Assembly: GCA_951406725.2 (NCBI GenBank)
Contig: OX597822.1
Span: 19,964,001 to 20,028,000, forward strand
Source of the DNA: Octopus vulgaris
Taxonomy: Eukaryota
Direction: 5' to 3'
DNA: 64,000 nucleotides
Positions 13,487 through 27,515 of the stretch are shown piece after piece. The notes under the pieces are model-generated. The model saw only the letters and a program-made list of their open reading frames with translations, did not search any database and was not told the origin of the DNA. The position numbers and the translations under genes were made by a program. The stretch's first letter is position 1; every line of letters starts with the position of its first letter.

Positions 13487-14011
13487 GACCATAAAGATAA
13501 TTTTTATTCAGACCCTAAAGTTAGATTAATTTGTCCATGTAAATCTGACCTTGGTAAATTGAGTAAACTTATTTTAGATAAATATATTAATAAATTAAAT
13601 AAACTTAATTACTTAAAATTATGGTTTAGTAATAATAATACTTTAAATTGGTTTAATAATATTAAAGATAAAAATCGATATAAATTTATTCAAATAGATA
13701 TAGATAATTACTATTCTTCTATTAATGAAATTGTGTTTAATAAGGCCCTTATTTTTGCAATGAATAAAGTGGGAATGACTTTTGAAGAGATTAATGTAAT
13801 TAAAATGGCTAGGAAATCGTTTATAAAATATAAAAATAAATTATGGGCTAGGAAAGATACTAGGGACTTTTTTGATATATCTATGGGAGCACCTGATTCT
13901 GCACAAGCTACGGATTTAGTAGGTATTTATCTTTTATCTGAACTCCAATTAGAAAATTTAAAAATAGAGGGTGGTTTATATAGGGATGACCTTCTACTAA
14001 TTATAGTATAG
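13487..14011 (+). pseudogene. Penelope-like element reverse transcriptase fragment
   Basis: DHKDNFYSDPKVRLICPCKSDLGKLSK (in frame upstream of the listed ORF), FIQIDIDNYYSSI, FDISMGAPDSAQATDLVGIYLL, GLYRDD: PLE RT motifs 1-5. Confidence 0.85.
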
Positions 14012-16320
14012 GAGGGAATTTTTGTTATTTATGTTCAAATGAGTTTAAGGAAATTTTATTTTATAAGCATGATAATTTAGTGAATACCTGGGATGAGCGC
14101 AAAATAAAATGCAGACACAAGTTACTCTACTTATATAATAAATTTATTGATAAATAATGAATATTTCTTAGCCTTAATTAGCTCCTTATTTGTTGATTTA
14201 TGTAATAGTATTCTAAATATAGCAGGTGATTTGTAGTACTTATATTAGTTTATTTTAGTTATTTAGGTTCTGTTTTTAATTATAGTTAGATTATATATAG
14301 TTGTTTATTTTATTACTAAATATATTTTTTAATAAATATTTAATGGTTTATTGAATATAGAGTTTGGTAAGTTACAATTTTATTTATCTTTTAATAAAGT
14401 TAAGTTTATATATTTTGTTATATTTCTGTTATAATTTTGTTAAATTATAATTTTGTTATATTAATCTATTTGTATGTAATCTCTTTATATTTGAAATAGA
14501 TTTATTTAGTTGTTTATTTAATCTATTTTATTTAATATAGAAGTATAGATTAGTAAAATTAAATATTTAGATTAAACTTAATGTTTACCTCTATTTTTGT
14601 ATTGTAGTATGAATATAGATATTTATATACGTATTTAATATATGATATATGTGTTTGTGTGTGTATGTATATATGTGTATATGTTGATGTGCGTGTATAT
14701 ATATGTATATGTATATACATTTATTTATGTGTGTGTGTGTGGGTGTGTGTATATAGGTGTATGTGTATATATTGAGTATTGTATGTATGTACATGTATGT
14801 ATGTGTGTGCATATGTGTGTATGTGTGTATGTGTGTGTATATATGTGTGTATATATGTATATGTATGTATGTGTGTATGTATGTGTATATATATATATGT
14901 ATGTATATTTATATATATATGTATACGTATGTATAGTTATACTGCAAATTTTGATAAGTATTTTAGAGATTTTGGTTATGATCACTAATTTTAGCTTATA
15001 ATTATAAGAGCATGGGGAAAGACTTTATAGTACGAGGAGGGGTTACTATAAAAAAGATTTTTAGAATATATTTAATAATTAGTGGTTTTTAATCATTTAA
15101 ATTATTTAATTTATTTTGTATTAAGTATTATTTATCATAGTTATTTTATTAATAACTCTTATAGTATAGAGTGATTTTATTCTTTATTTGTGACTTCATT
15201 CTATTTACACTGATAAACCATTAATGTTTCCATTCACAATATTCATTGATAAAGCGTATTTGTTCCTCACGCTTAAGGAATTCTTGAACAATTTATTCTT
15301 TTTTTGCTAATAACATAATTCCACGAGTATTCTTATAAACGCTGTAAAGACGTTTTCCGATTCAAAATTTTAGTTCATTACAAAACCTCGCTAAGATAAG
15401 TATTTATATTTAAGATCTTTAAATTGTAAATTTTAATATTTTATAAGTCTTTGGTGTAATAATATTTTCCTTATGTAAATATCGTTGTTTATGTAATGAT
15501 CTAATTATCGTAATTTTCTATATTAAATTTCTATATTAAATTTAAGTTTATTCGTAAGATACTACTTAGCGATAGATTTGTTGTTTGATAGCAAGTATAC
15601 GAGGTGTCTAAAGTTAGGCTTCTGTATATATATGTATTAATAGTATTAATTGTAGTTTTAAATTTCTTATAATTAAAATTAGATAAACTTTGATAAACTT
15701 AGATATGTTTCGACTAAAGATTGGTCCAGGCCACGTCTAACTTAATAGCATAACTTAGTTATTGTTTTTTTAACTTGATATTCGCTAGTTATTCCCATTG
15801 ATAATTATATTTATAGTATTTATAGTATTTATTAGATACTATATAACTACGAATTGATTATTTCTATAAATATTTTACATAAGATTTCCGAAAGTTCGTT
15901 TAAGTTTGTTTGTTTGTATTTTTGAAATTAGCTATTTCATCTTTAAATATGAAAAATTAATTTATTAGGTTTTTATTATATGTGCATATATATTTATTTA
16001 TAGAGATTATTTTAGATCTTAATTATAATATTTATATACATTTAAATATTTTCATTGATAATTTATATATAATAGTCATTTTTAAAAAATATTTATGTAA
16101 TTAGATATAGACTATTACCGATATTAGATTATTGGTGGGTTTCCTACCTTATACATTAAAATTAATATTTAACATTATAATCGATTTTGATATAATCATA
16201 ATTGTTAAGTTTTAAGTTTCTAGTTTGATAATAGAGTTTATTATAAGTAAGATTATTATATTATTTATATCTTAAAAATATTGTTTAAATATTTCTGATT
16301 ATTTTAAAAATACTTCAATT

Positions 16321-16415
16321 AACCTGAAGATTGACTGTAACCATAACTCGAATTATTAATTGAATTTAAATTATTGTTATTCGAATTGGTACAGCCATGA
16401 AACGATCGTAGTGTT
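16321..16415 (+). ncRNA. Type I hammerhead-like motif with long helix II (PLE pseudo-LTR type)
   Basis: CUGAAGA (16324-16330); helix II TGACTGT/ACAGCCA and ACCA/TGGT; GAAA (16399); palindromic helix III ACGATCGT; GUA triplet. Helix I is weak. Confidence 0.6.
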
Positions 16416-16518
16416 TTACTCTTTATCTTTTATTAAACTTTTAATAATACTTTTGATATAAGAAAAAATTGAATGAATTAATTAATAAATAAAATAATAT
16501 ATAAATATAAAAATATAC

Positions 16519-16561
<43 letters not shown>

Positions 16562-16794
16562 GTATAAGTTTAAATTATTTAAATAATTTTTTATTTTTAA
16601 CTTTTATATTTTAAAATTAATTTTATGTATTGGCTTATGCTTTTCACTGTTTGATTTGCCTAATAGTGGTTTTATCTCTAATATAATATAATATAATATA
16701 ATATATATATATATATATATATACATACCGCGTGTGTATTGTTGGCGATGTTTTTCCTCTGTCTTCCCTTCTTTGGATCTTTCCTTTTCCTATG

Positions 16795-16827
16795 TTTCTG
16801 ACGAAGAGATCCGCTCGAAACATTAAA
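16795..16827 (+). ncRNA. Minimal hammerhead-like motif (degenerate)
   Basis: TTT-CTGACGA-AGAGATCCGCTC-GAAAC-ATT-AAA; related degenerate copy at 10721-10755. Confidence 0.5.
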
Positions 16828-17021
16828 TCCTCCTTCTTTCTTTCCTTTCCTGAGCGTCCAAAAACACTATACTTGTTCCACGTCCTCGCGTTGTTGTGTT
16901 TTCTCTTTGTGTTTTCATGTTTGGATTAACTTCATTTCTTCCATTTTCCTGAGCGCCTAATAATAATAATACTGTAATTGTTCCACGTGTTGTTGTTTTT
17001 TCTGTTTTCCCGTTTGGATTA

Positions 17022-17091
<70 letters not shown>

Positions 17092-17392
17092 TATATATAA
17101 ATATATGTATATATATATATCTTCTTCATCTACCCTACCAAGAACTCACAACACACAAGTGCAAACAAGGGAGTCAGAGAAAAGCAGAATGCCACTTATA
17201 TCTGAACACTACTATAGAAATATTCCCTTATAAAAACTTTTCTTCTAATTTTTCTAAATTTAATTATTTAATCGTTACAGTTGAAAAGGTCTCAAAATGA
17301 CCGAAACCGGTACTGAAATGTTCACTATAAAATTATTATAGCATTTTCTATTTTGACTTATTTTTACATATCTATATGTATATATGTATATA

Positions 17393-17466
<74 letters not shown>

Positions 17467-17747
17467 TATTAATTTGAAGGAGACAAGTTCCAATGTCAAT
17501 AATACTCCTCATCAAAGCCGACACATATCTAAACAGAGGGGTATATATTAAGCCATTATAAGCATGCGAACACATAACATACAAAAACATATATATACGT
17601 ATAATAGTGTAATCCCGTGCTCAAATCAAAGTCGGATAAGTAATTGCATAAATACATACAGATAAATTAAGGAAGTCCAAGCTGATGAAATAGCAGTTCA
17701 CAATAATCCAAAAGCTAAGTCCTTAAAGGAATCCAATAAATAGAAAG

Positions 17748-17833
17748 TCTTACGGCAGTTTCCGGGTATGTGCGTAGAAGTGTGTAGTTAAAACCTTTTG
17801 AACTTCGGTAATTCACATTTCCTTCGTCAGAGA
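17748..17833 (-). ncRNA. Type I hammerhead-like motif, minus strand
   Basis: Reverse complement: TCT-CTGACGA-AGGAAATGTG...CACATACCCG-GAAAC-TGCC-GTA-AGA. Confidence 0.5.
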
Positions 17834-18011
17834 ATATATACGGATTTGGAATTTTTAAACAAAATCATGAAATTATTCGTGGGGTTGTAAAAATATGTTT
17901 AAGAATAAACAGTAATTATATGCAAGTATAAAAATTTTTTAAATTCCGGGATTCCATGTCGTTGGGCGAACGTTCATAGGGTACACCATGAACATTCGTT
18001 GGGCGAATGTG

Positions 18012-18043
<32 letters not shown>

Positions 18044-18047
<4 letters not shown>

Positions 18048-18245
18048 TAGAAGAAATGAGGTACTCAGAAATCTGGATGGTTTTATATTTACAGTTATTT
18101 ATTAGTATGTTACATATTTTTATATATCATATATCATTTATTAGTGCTTTCGTCCACTAGAGTGGACGAAAGCGCTGATATATGATATATGATCTATAAA
18201 AATATGTAAAATACTAATTTCTGAGTACCTCATTTCTTCTAATAT
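18044..18245. repeat. Imperfect fold-back inverted repeat between (TA)n tracts
   Basis: ATATTAGAAGAAATGAGGTACTCAGAAAT and its reverse complement at 18217-18245; centre GCTTTCGTCCACT-AG-AGTGGACGAAAGC. Confidence 0.85.
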
Positions 18246-18271
18246 ATAATACCTGTTCATCATCTCCAAAC

Positions 18272-18387
<116 letters not shown>

Positions 18388-20794
18388 TATATATACATAT
18401 ACACACACACGTGTGAGTTATAGTGTAATATGTCTGTATATGAAGGTTTCGGTGTACATGTCGATCTGTATGCGTTTGAGTGTATGTGCATACATGTGTG
18501 CATATATGACTGGAGTGTATGGGAGTGTAAAAGCAAATGCACATGTGTCAGAATTGTGCCGCCCCGATAGGCAAACCCTGGCCATGTATGATCAAGCAAC
18601 ATACTGTGAAAAGGTATTCTAGTTATGGCTACCGACATTTTGTTTCTCAGATACTATGTATCGAGGATCTCATTCAACAATCTTATCCTCTTTAAAAACG
18701 AGAAGCTATGCATTTTAGAGAGATTTGGCTGCTCTTTCCAGCAGCTAGAATGACCACGAAGAGGTTGCATAGTTCAGTGCATTAGTCTTTATTGATATTA
18801 TATAAAATAGAAATAATAAACATCTGGTTACTCATCCACGTTTTAAGATAGTCACATAAATTGCTCATACAGAACGTATAACCCATATATAAGCACATAA
18901 TTATCTACATGATGTATGTAAACGCGCATACTTATATATACATTCATATATATGCTCATTATATGAATATAGATAGAAAGGTGCAATGTCAATTTTGATA
19001 GCTGCTCATGGCTTTTTTTAAATGTTTACTACAAAAACCCATTTACACCGTGTTTTTCTATTTTACTTTAGCAGCAGTATTGCTATATCCTAGGGTTGTA
19101 GTTTATTCAGCTCTAATCTTAATTGAATCTGTAATATATCCAAGTTAAGTAAATGTGACAGTTATTCAGATATTGTTTCATGAAGTAGCAAATACTCCTT
19201 ATCTCTGACTCGATGGTAAAGGGTTATCTGGTCGCAAGTTTTATCAACAACTTGTACATGAAGAATTCCTGGATAACAGAAAGCTATCCCAGATATTCTG
19301 TCATATACAATATTTATTCAGTGAAAATTCTATTGATCAAATGGTTTTTCGAACGTATTTTCATTTGAAACTGAACAGATTTTTGATAATCTGGAGTATA
19401 TTTTACTTCCAAAACTTGCCGTAATGGTATCTAAAGTTTTCATAGAAATATCAAAATCAAAATCTGTTTACTCGTCTGTGACAACCCACACATTGACTAT
19501 AACTGTAAAGTAGAATCAGCTTAAAGATAAGTTTCCTGTCCCATTGCATGTTTAAAAAGAAACATTTTAAAATTTTAAAACGGAAGATTTCAGTTCAAAT
19601 CAATGATTGTGACGATACTTGTTGACTGAAAACCCACTGGCCAGATGTTTTATATCTTTAACATAATGTTTAAGAAACATTTTAGTTAACTTGCAAGTAA
19701 TATAACTGTTCTGAACTTTGTTATTTCAAATCTGATATATTTATTCTACCGTCATTTTCTATTTTCTTAACTCAGTTTAGCTCCACTCGTAGCTGACTGA
19801 AAAAGTTATACGATGGTCTAAATCCAGGATTCAGAAACAACAACTTTCCTCCCATATTAATGGTTACAGCTATCTCTCTGTAATACCAGCAGGTTCTGAA
19901 GAAATTCTATTCCATCACCAATCGATTGCTTAAAGAATGTAATCTCCAATTTCAAGTATTCCTGTCTTTTGTAAATATCTTTAATTCACAGTTCACTGCT
20001 TTCTTTAATGTCAGATTGTACAATTCAAGTATTGCCACATGTAAAAAAGAAAAAGAAAAAAAGAAAAAAACCCTATTATATTCTCATGTTAAAAATTGTT
20101 TTCACAGAATTTGAAATGGCATCTATTCTGTCTGTGTTTGTGATTGGCGATTTCAAAACAAATGTAAACAACATTGGTCGAAACAAGAACATTGTTGTTT
20201 TCTGGAACTGACAGAAAATAATTTTTCTTTTTGCCTTGAAGTCATTCTTTCTGATTAGAAAAGTGTTTGAACATTAATTGCGCAAAATATATCTATTGGC
20301 ATATGCTTTCCCATGGAGATACATATATCAGCCTCGGCATATAGCCAATGATATCAATTCAATGCTTCCATGATGATACATTCATACAACTCAAGGCCAT
20401 TGAAATACATATATTAAATGAAAAATGCAACACGACAAGATTAGTGCTGTTTAACATATTTTACTTCAAAGAACTAACGTTCGAAACGAACTAACATATT
20501 CAATGAAATATAGTTGTGCCATTAAAACACATTAAGTTACTTGAAATAAACACTATACTATCAATGACTAAATGGCTTCAACATTAATACTAAAAAGAAA
20601 AAAACTTTAATCAAGAAACATTTGCTTTTATAAGTTCTCTACCTAAATACTTAGGATATCAAAACGTATCAACAGCTTGATTTAAACGCCGTTTAAATAT
20701 GTCAAAGATTATAATCTAAAGATGGTACTAGAATTTGGTGCCTTTTCCCTATTAGTGTTTTGGTTTTGATCATATTGATCTCTGCATGGTTGAC

Positions 20795-21315
20795 CAATTA
20801 GATCCAGAATTTTTATGCAGTTCTTTGAGAGAGACTCCTAAAATTGGGTGCAGGTATAACTGTAGAGAAGGAGATAGATACACATGGATAAATAGAGATA
20901 GATAGATAGATAGAGAGAGAGAGAGGGAATAAATGGTATAAAATATAAAATTCACAGATAAAATATAATTTAATTACCTTCAACAGCTGTTTCATTAGAA
21001 ATAAGCATAATTAATTCTATAACTGTATTTAAAACAGCAACGGTTTATGGTTAGCATAACTGTTAATATTCTTGATTTGAGATAAGCACTGCTTGAAATT
21101 GATTTAAATAAATTTTTGTCTATTATGTATCTTAGCTAGGTAATAATAGAATTGATAATGCTTATTTCTAATGAAACAGCTGTAAACTGTTATTAAATTA
21201 CGATTTAACTGTGAAATTTATGCTTTTCTGCATTTTATTTCAAATATACATTTCTCTTATGGATCGTTTTAATCCATCATGTGCGTACATGCAAGATTTT
21301 TCCCTGGATCTACAG
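20795..21315. repeat. Old imperfect inverted repeat
   Basis: ACAGCTGTTTCATTAGAAATAAGCAT (about 20983) versus ATGCTTATTTCTAATGAAACAGCTGT (about 21158); outer TAGATCCAG/CTGGATCTA. Confidence 0.75.
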
Positions 21316-21412
21316 CAGCGTTATTAACGTGTTGCAGTTTAACGATCTGTGATTAATTGAGCTCTTAATTATCGTGGACATATATTTTTGATGCTTTATG
21401 CATTGTTGATTT

Positions 21413-21452
<40 letters not shown>

Positions 21453-22009
21453 TATATAAGTTCATACGTATATGTATATACGCATACATTTATACATGCA
21501 TAAACACATACATACACATACACACACACACACATACACACACACACACATATATAGACATACATATATTTACATATTTACATGCGTTTCTATGCAGACA
21601 CACTTATGTGTACATATTTAAAGAATATGTAGATTTATAGAGCAGCTCATTTAAAAACATCACCAAACAATTTGCTAATCTCGTTATTTGTTTCAAATTC
21701 GTATTTGTATCTGGTTTGTAAGATTTTTTATGTGAATTCGTGTGTTGAAACGATTATCCTTAGACATAATAAAATTTTGTTTTAACTAATATAGGTAAAA
21801 TAAATTTTAAGAGGTATCCAATTAGTTCTTTAAAGATATGTGATGATACTTTCTCTCTTGCCCTTTCTCCCCCTAGACAGGATCTTGCTGATAAATTGAG
21901 ACAAGTTTTGCGATTCTTAAAACTGGTTATAAATACTAAAATAATGGTAGTAGACAAATATAATTTTAATGTAACATTTATTACAACAAAAATATATATA
22001 TCACTCAAT

Positions 22010-23100
22010 ATAGCTACCCTTTTGGGAAATTATTGCCTCAACACGAGAACGAATTTTTTTGCAGCTGCCGCATCCTCTGTCTGTTTGATTTTGCGTGTCG
22101 CACACACGATGCAGGTATTCAAACTGTTGACACTCGAGTGTGGTGAAGCATTGGGTCTTGCTTGAAGTACACCTCATAAAAAGTAATATAGAAAGTTGAG
22201 ATCTGGGCTATTACTGGGCCAGATGTTGGCCTTCACAAAAAATGTTTCACCAAGGAAGGCCTGTGTTGCTTTTGACCCATGGCATGGTGCAGAATCTTGG
22301 ATAAACACCACATTGTCAAGCCCAAACTCCTGCTCCATCCAAGGTGACAGAGTGTTCTTCAGGATGTTCAGCTACTCCTTTGGGTCGATCTTCAAGCCAG
22401 ATTCAATGGAATGTGCATCTATAACACTTTCATCACTCGCCACGGCTCCAAATATCATCGCAGAGGCAGGATTATTAGTCTCAAAAGTGGGTATGCAATC
22501 ACTCGAGAATTTCTGCAATTGATCTGAGCGTCTACGGGGAACATCGTCTCGTCCATAAACACAAGAGTTTTTCCTGTACCTTGATGCTTGATGGATGACA
22601 GAAGCTTCGGGCATCTCTCGGCTCCGATTGTTTTGGCCTTGGCTGTTAGGAGGTGACGGCATCGTTGAACATAGCTAGACACGCCAAGGTTTCTGTTCAC
22701 AACTCTGGACACTGTGGAAAGGGACACATTGGGTCTCTTTGCAAAAGTTGTCATGGATGTGAACGGGTTGGCTTCAATTGAGCGTTTGAGACCAGCAAAA
22801 AACTTTGGATTGCGCTTGGAATCACTTCGAATCTTGTGTTCTTTTCTAGAATTCCTTACCTCTTCTTTAAATTGTTTATACACACGACGAACTGTTGCTT
22901 TCGGAAGTTTCGTCAACAAAACAACAATGGCGGAACGATTCTATTTTTCCATGACTTTCTGTGGTCGAATCAGTTCACTATTTACCTGAAAAATAAAGTG
23001 GAATATTAGATTTTCAAGCAAGCAAGGCTTTGTCAAAAAATGAAATGTTAAACCCACTGATGAAACTAGTAAAAAATTGGTTGCAATTTACCTGCAAGAC
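22010..23100 (-). mobile_element. IS630-Tc1-mariner superfamily transposon relic (maT/DD37D-like)
   Basis: HTH region (SMTTFAK..NVSLSTVSRVV), VFMDE, FIQDSAPCH, IWPSNSPDLN across broken minus-strand ORFs; another fragment at 24345-24428. Confidence 0.85.
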
Positions 23101-23103
23101 TCA

Positions 23104-23203
<100 letters not shown>

Positions 23204-23344
23204 GAAATAATTAAGATTCAGTTAAATTAGATACTTAAGTTGAAGCACCAAATCAGTCCGGTATTATCTGCACAGCTCGAAGTAAGGTGAATAAAATGAA
23301 AATTAGCAGCAGGATATCATAAAAGAATTATTAGTTCGTAATAA

Positions 23345-23444
<100 letters not shown>

Positions 23445-23453
23445 ATATGTATA

Positions 23454-23520
<67 letters not shown>

Positions 23521-23523
<3 letters not shown>

Positions 23524-23643
23524 AGTGGCTCTATTGTAAGTAGCTTGCTTACCAACCACATGGTTCCGGGTTCAGTCCCACTGCGTGGCACTTTGACCAG
23601 GTGTCTTCTACTATAGTCTCGGGCCGACCAAAGCCTTGTTGTA

Positions 23644-23731
<88 letters not shown>

Positions 23732-23937
23732 TGTGTCTGTGTTTGTCCACCCAACATCGCTTGATAACCGATGCTGGTGTGTTTACGTCCCCGTAACTTA
23801 GCGGTTCGTCAAAAGAGACCGATAGTATAAGTACTAGGCTCACAAAGAATAAGTCCTGGGGTCGATTTGGTCGACTAAAGGCGGTGCTCCAGCATGGCCG
23901 CAGTCAAATGACTGAAGCAAGTAAAAGAGTAAAAGAA
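23521..23937 (+). mobile_element. tRNA-derived SINE, family A
   Basis: B-box-like GGTTCAGTCCC, internal (TA)/(TG) linker, conserved 3' end GGCGGTGCTCCAGCATGGCCGCAGTCAAATGACTGAA..GTAAAAGA; many copies in the window. Confidence 0.9.
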
Positions 23938-23947
23938 TATATACATA

Positions 23948-24306
23948 TCTCTCTATATATAAACGGCAGTTTGTCTGTGTGTGTTTCTGTGTGTCTGTTA
24001 GGTTGTACCCTCACCCTGACCACGGCTTTCAACCGATTCTGATGAAACTTGACACACACATAGCCCAATGTCATAATTCAAAACTAACGCAGCGAAAATT
24101 TTGAGAAGTTCCCCCAGTTCTGAAAAAAATCGATATATTCGACATGGGGTCGAGAATCAGAAACACAAACCACAGACGCAACTCGACCTTTTTAACTAAA
24201 AAAAAATTTACCATAATTTTTTTCCCATTTTTTGGCTATAACTCTCTAAAAATGCTTTATAGTTATTTCCCTTACAAACCCGAGCAACGCCGGGTGATAC
24301 TGCTAG
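23948..24306 (+). mobile_element. Non-autonomous Helitron
   Basis: 5' TC(TCTCTATATATAAA), subterminal hairpin CCCGAGCAACGCCGGG, 3' CTAG, inserted between A and T, no TSD. Confidence 0.8.
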
Positions 24307-24487
24307 TATACATATATATATGTATATATATATATTTATATTAAAGTTGAGATCTGTGCTGTTACTGGTCCAGATGTTAGCCCTCACAAAAAATGTCATT
24401 GTCTCACCAAGGAAGTCCTGTGTTGCTTATATATATATATATATGTAAAAGAATTATTTCTAAGTAGCATAGCATTACCTTTAATTC

Positions 24488-24535
<48 letters not shown>

Positions 24536-24729
24536 CATCATCATCATTGTTTAACGTTCACCTTCCATGCTGGAATGGGTTGGACGGTTTGACACGAGCC
24601 GGCCAGGTAGAAGATTACCCAGGCATGCTTTTTGGCATGCTTTTTAACGGTTGGATGCTCTCCTAACTCCAACCACTCCACAATACACACACACACATAC
24701 ACACACACACACATATACATATATTCAAA

Positions 24730-24782
<53 letters not shown>

Positions 24783-24932
24783 ACTATGTATGTATGTATG
24801 TATGTATGTATGTATGTATGTATGTATGTATGTATGTATGTATGTATCTTTTTATCTATCTATCTTTTATACATACATATGCACATACACACATATGTAT
24901 ATGTGTATATACATAGATATGACATACATACA

Positions 24933-25340
24933 CACAAAGGGGTGCTGAGAAGTTCCTGGCTTTAATGATATTTCGAAAGAGTAGAACTGTTACCTTTGCA
25001 GGGGAGGTAGGATAACTATTTCGAAGATGTGCAAAAAGTCATGATGATATACAATATACTTATCTCTTTTTTGCCGATTTAACGCACGATGGCAGCTCCT
25101 ACCGTGGATTTTAATAAAAATGAAGCACTGGGGTTCATGAAGATCCCGTTTTTGCAAGGCAAAGGAGCAGCGGAAATCCATGACGTGATGAAGGAAGTCT
25201 CAAAGGATGGCTGCCCATCTTACTCCACAGTGAAAATCTAGGTGTCAAGGTTTCAGAACCCAGGTCAGGAAGGTTAATTCCTGAGGACAAAGCCGATCCT
25301 GAGCACGCCATGATTATTGAGGACCGCCGGATTTCAGCTA
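24933..25340 (+). mobile_element. mariner 5' relic
   Basis: TIR-like GGGGTGCTGAGAAGTTCCTGGC; decayed HTH region LQGKGAAEIHDVMKEV..DGCPSYSTVK. Confidence 0.6.
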
Positions 25341-25602
25341 TTTAAAAAAAAACATTTCATTTAATTGTTCCAAAATCTAATTGTTTTTCTTGCTTTATTC
25401 TAAATTGAAAAAGTCGAAAAGACTGAAACCAGGTTCTAAAATGTTCATGATAAAATCATTTTAGCATTTTCTACCTTGTCTTATTTTCCTTATACATATC
25501 AACTCGTGTGTTACTTTTCAATCTTCTACTCACACATATGAATATGCATATATATTATATATACATATATATATAAATAAATGGATATATATACATACAT
25601 AT

Positions 25603-25642
<40 letters not shown>

Positions 25643-25654
25643 ACACATATTCAC

Positions 25655-25703
<49 letters not shown>

Positions 25704-26859
25704 TATATATATATATGTATATGTATATATATAGTTATCATAAAGACGCACTTATACATACACACACACATACATTCGTATATTCATGATCAAACCTTCG
25801 CTACACAAAATTGTTCATAGAGAAACCAATACCTACCCCGATCTTCCTTGAAATGCCCTGAAACGCCTTTCGCGAACCATTCTTCTGCATCTAATTTCTC
25901 GACGCTAACCAGTCTACGTAGCGTGTAATCCTGTCAAATGTTTTCTCAACAGTGTCAAATATAGTTGTTTGATCTCATCTAAGAAATTCTCTTGTAATAC
26001 TCTCTCAAGAAATATGACGTGTGGTTACACATTCTGACACATACTCAAACTGCATCTCATTTATGAACTTTTTGCTATGTAACTTACCCAAACCGATGTT
26101 ATTATGTACTAAGTTCACACGAGAAATATTGAGTATGTTTTGAATTATTCAGAATACAAATATATTTCAGTATACGAACATATGTGTGTGTATATGTGTG
26201 TTTGTATGAGTGGGGTGCATACACATACACTTGAACACATGCACACACGCACACATGTTTCGTAATGTAAAAGTAGTAAAATATATTGAAAATTTTTCGC
26301 ATAATGCAAGCATTGTCGGACATAGAACTCAACGCATTGGGTAGAGTAGACAGGCTTCTTTGACTTACACACGGTGCTCGGTTGTTAACGACTGTCCTGA
26401 ACAGCCGATCTCTGGACAAAGCTAAGAGTACTCTGTTAAGTTTTCATACACACACACACACACGTACATGTAGTTTTTTAAAAAGCCAGACGCGTGTACT
26501 TTAGAACATATTCTACAGTTGTCTAAAAATAAGACACACGTATTAGAAAATGTTTGATTAAAAATGTAAGATAAATTATATTTCTTTTAGTTGTGATTAA
26601 AAAAAGATGTGACAAAAATGGGGCAGTTTCAAAATATGTATCAAGAGTTGCACATACTTGATGCACACACAACAAGACAAACGTAGCAGCGTATATCTGC
26701 ATTTGTCCAAAGATTTCCAAAGGAAGGGGTCGAAAGATTTTCAAAGGAAGGGGTCCTAACCCCGAAATATCAAAATTCCAGGTAAAACTGTAAACCTGAA
26801 TTATTTTTATAACTTGCATTGTTTTAGCTTTTAAAAAAGGATATATTATCAAAGACCTT

Positions 26860-27515
26860 CATACACATGGGTAAATTGTCACCATTTTACAGTTTTAATT
26901 TCGCGCATGCGCATTGTTTGATTTTGATTTTGTCGACTACACAGTAAAATATAGTCAGCTGGGCACCATGTTTGAGAAAAACAGCACCATGACGCGAGTC
27001 ACTCTGCCAGAAATTTGGAAACGATATGCTATAATGCTTGGCATTCGTGCCGGAAGCTCCAATACGAATATTTACGAGTGTTTGGGTGTCAATCTGAGAA
27101 CACTGCAATCTGAGGACATGTACTGAGAGTGATAAAAATCAAGAATCCAGTCAGCATATTGGTGTTTGGAGTGATCACTAGTGATGGCAACGTTATACCC
27201 CCGTTCATCTTCCCACACGGCCTCACACTCAACACGGAGGCCTATATCAATTGTCTGGAGGAGGTAGTGCTGATCTGAGTCAAGAGGATGGCTGCTGGAA
27301 GACCCTATGTTTGACAACAAGACTCTATACCCTGCTAAACGAGCAGGAGAACCCCGTCATGGCTGTCATACAATTTCTGCGACCCCATCACCCTTAACAT
27401 CTGGCTACCTTACTCCCCAGACTGCAAAACCCTTGATTATTATGTGTGAGGAGCATTTGAGCGAGGGACCATCAAAACTGCTTGTAACACCGAAGATGAA
27501 CTGAAGGTAAGGACT
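26860..27515 (+). mobile_element. Internally deleted Tc1/mariner-type relic
   Basis: Decayed DDE-domain peptide VFGVITSDGNVIPPFIFPHGLTLNTEAY...QQDS...PYSPDC..LDY. Confidence 0.7.

Noticed and set aside
23521-23600. SINE heads as functional tRNA genes
   Set aside because: Only A/B-box similarity, no full cloverleaf, and they continue into a repeated SINE body.
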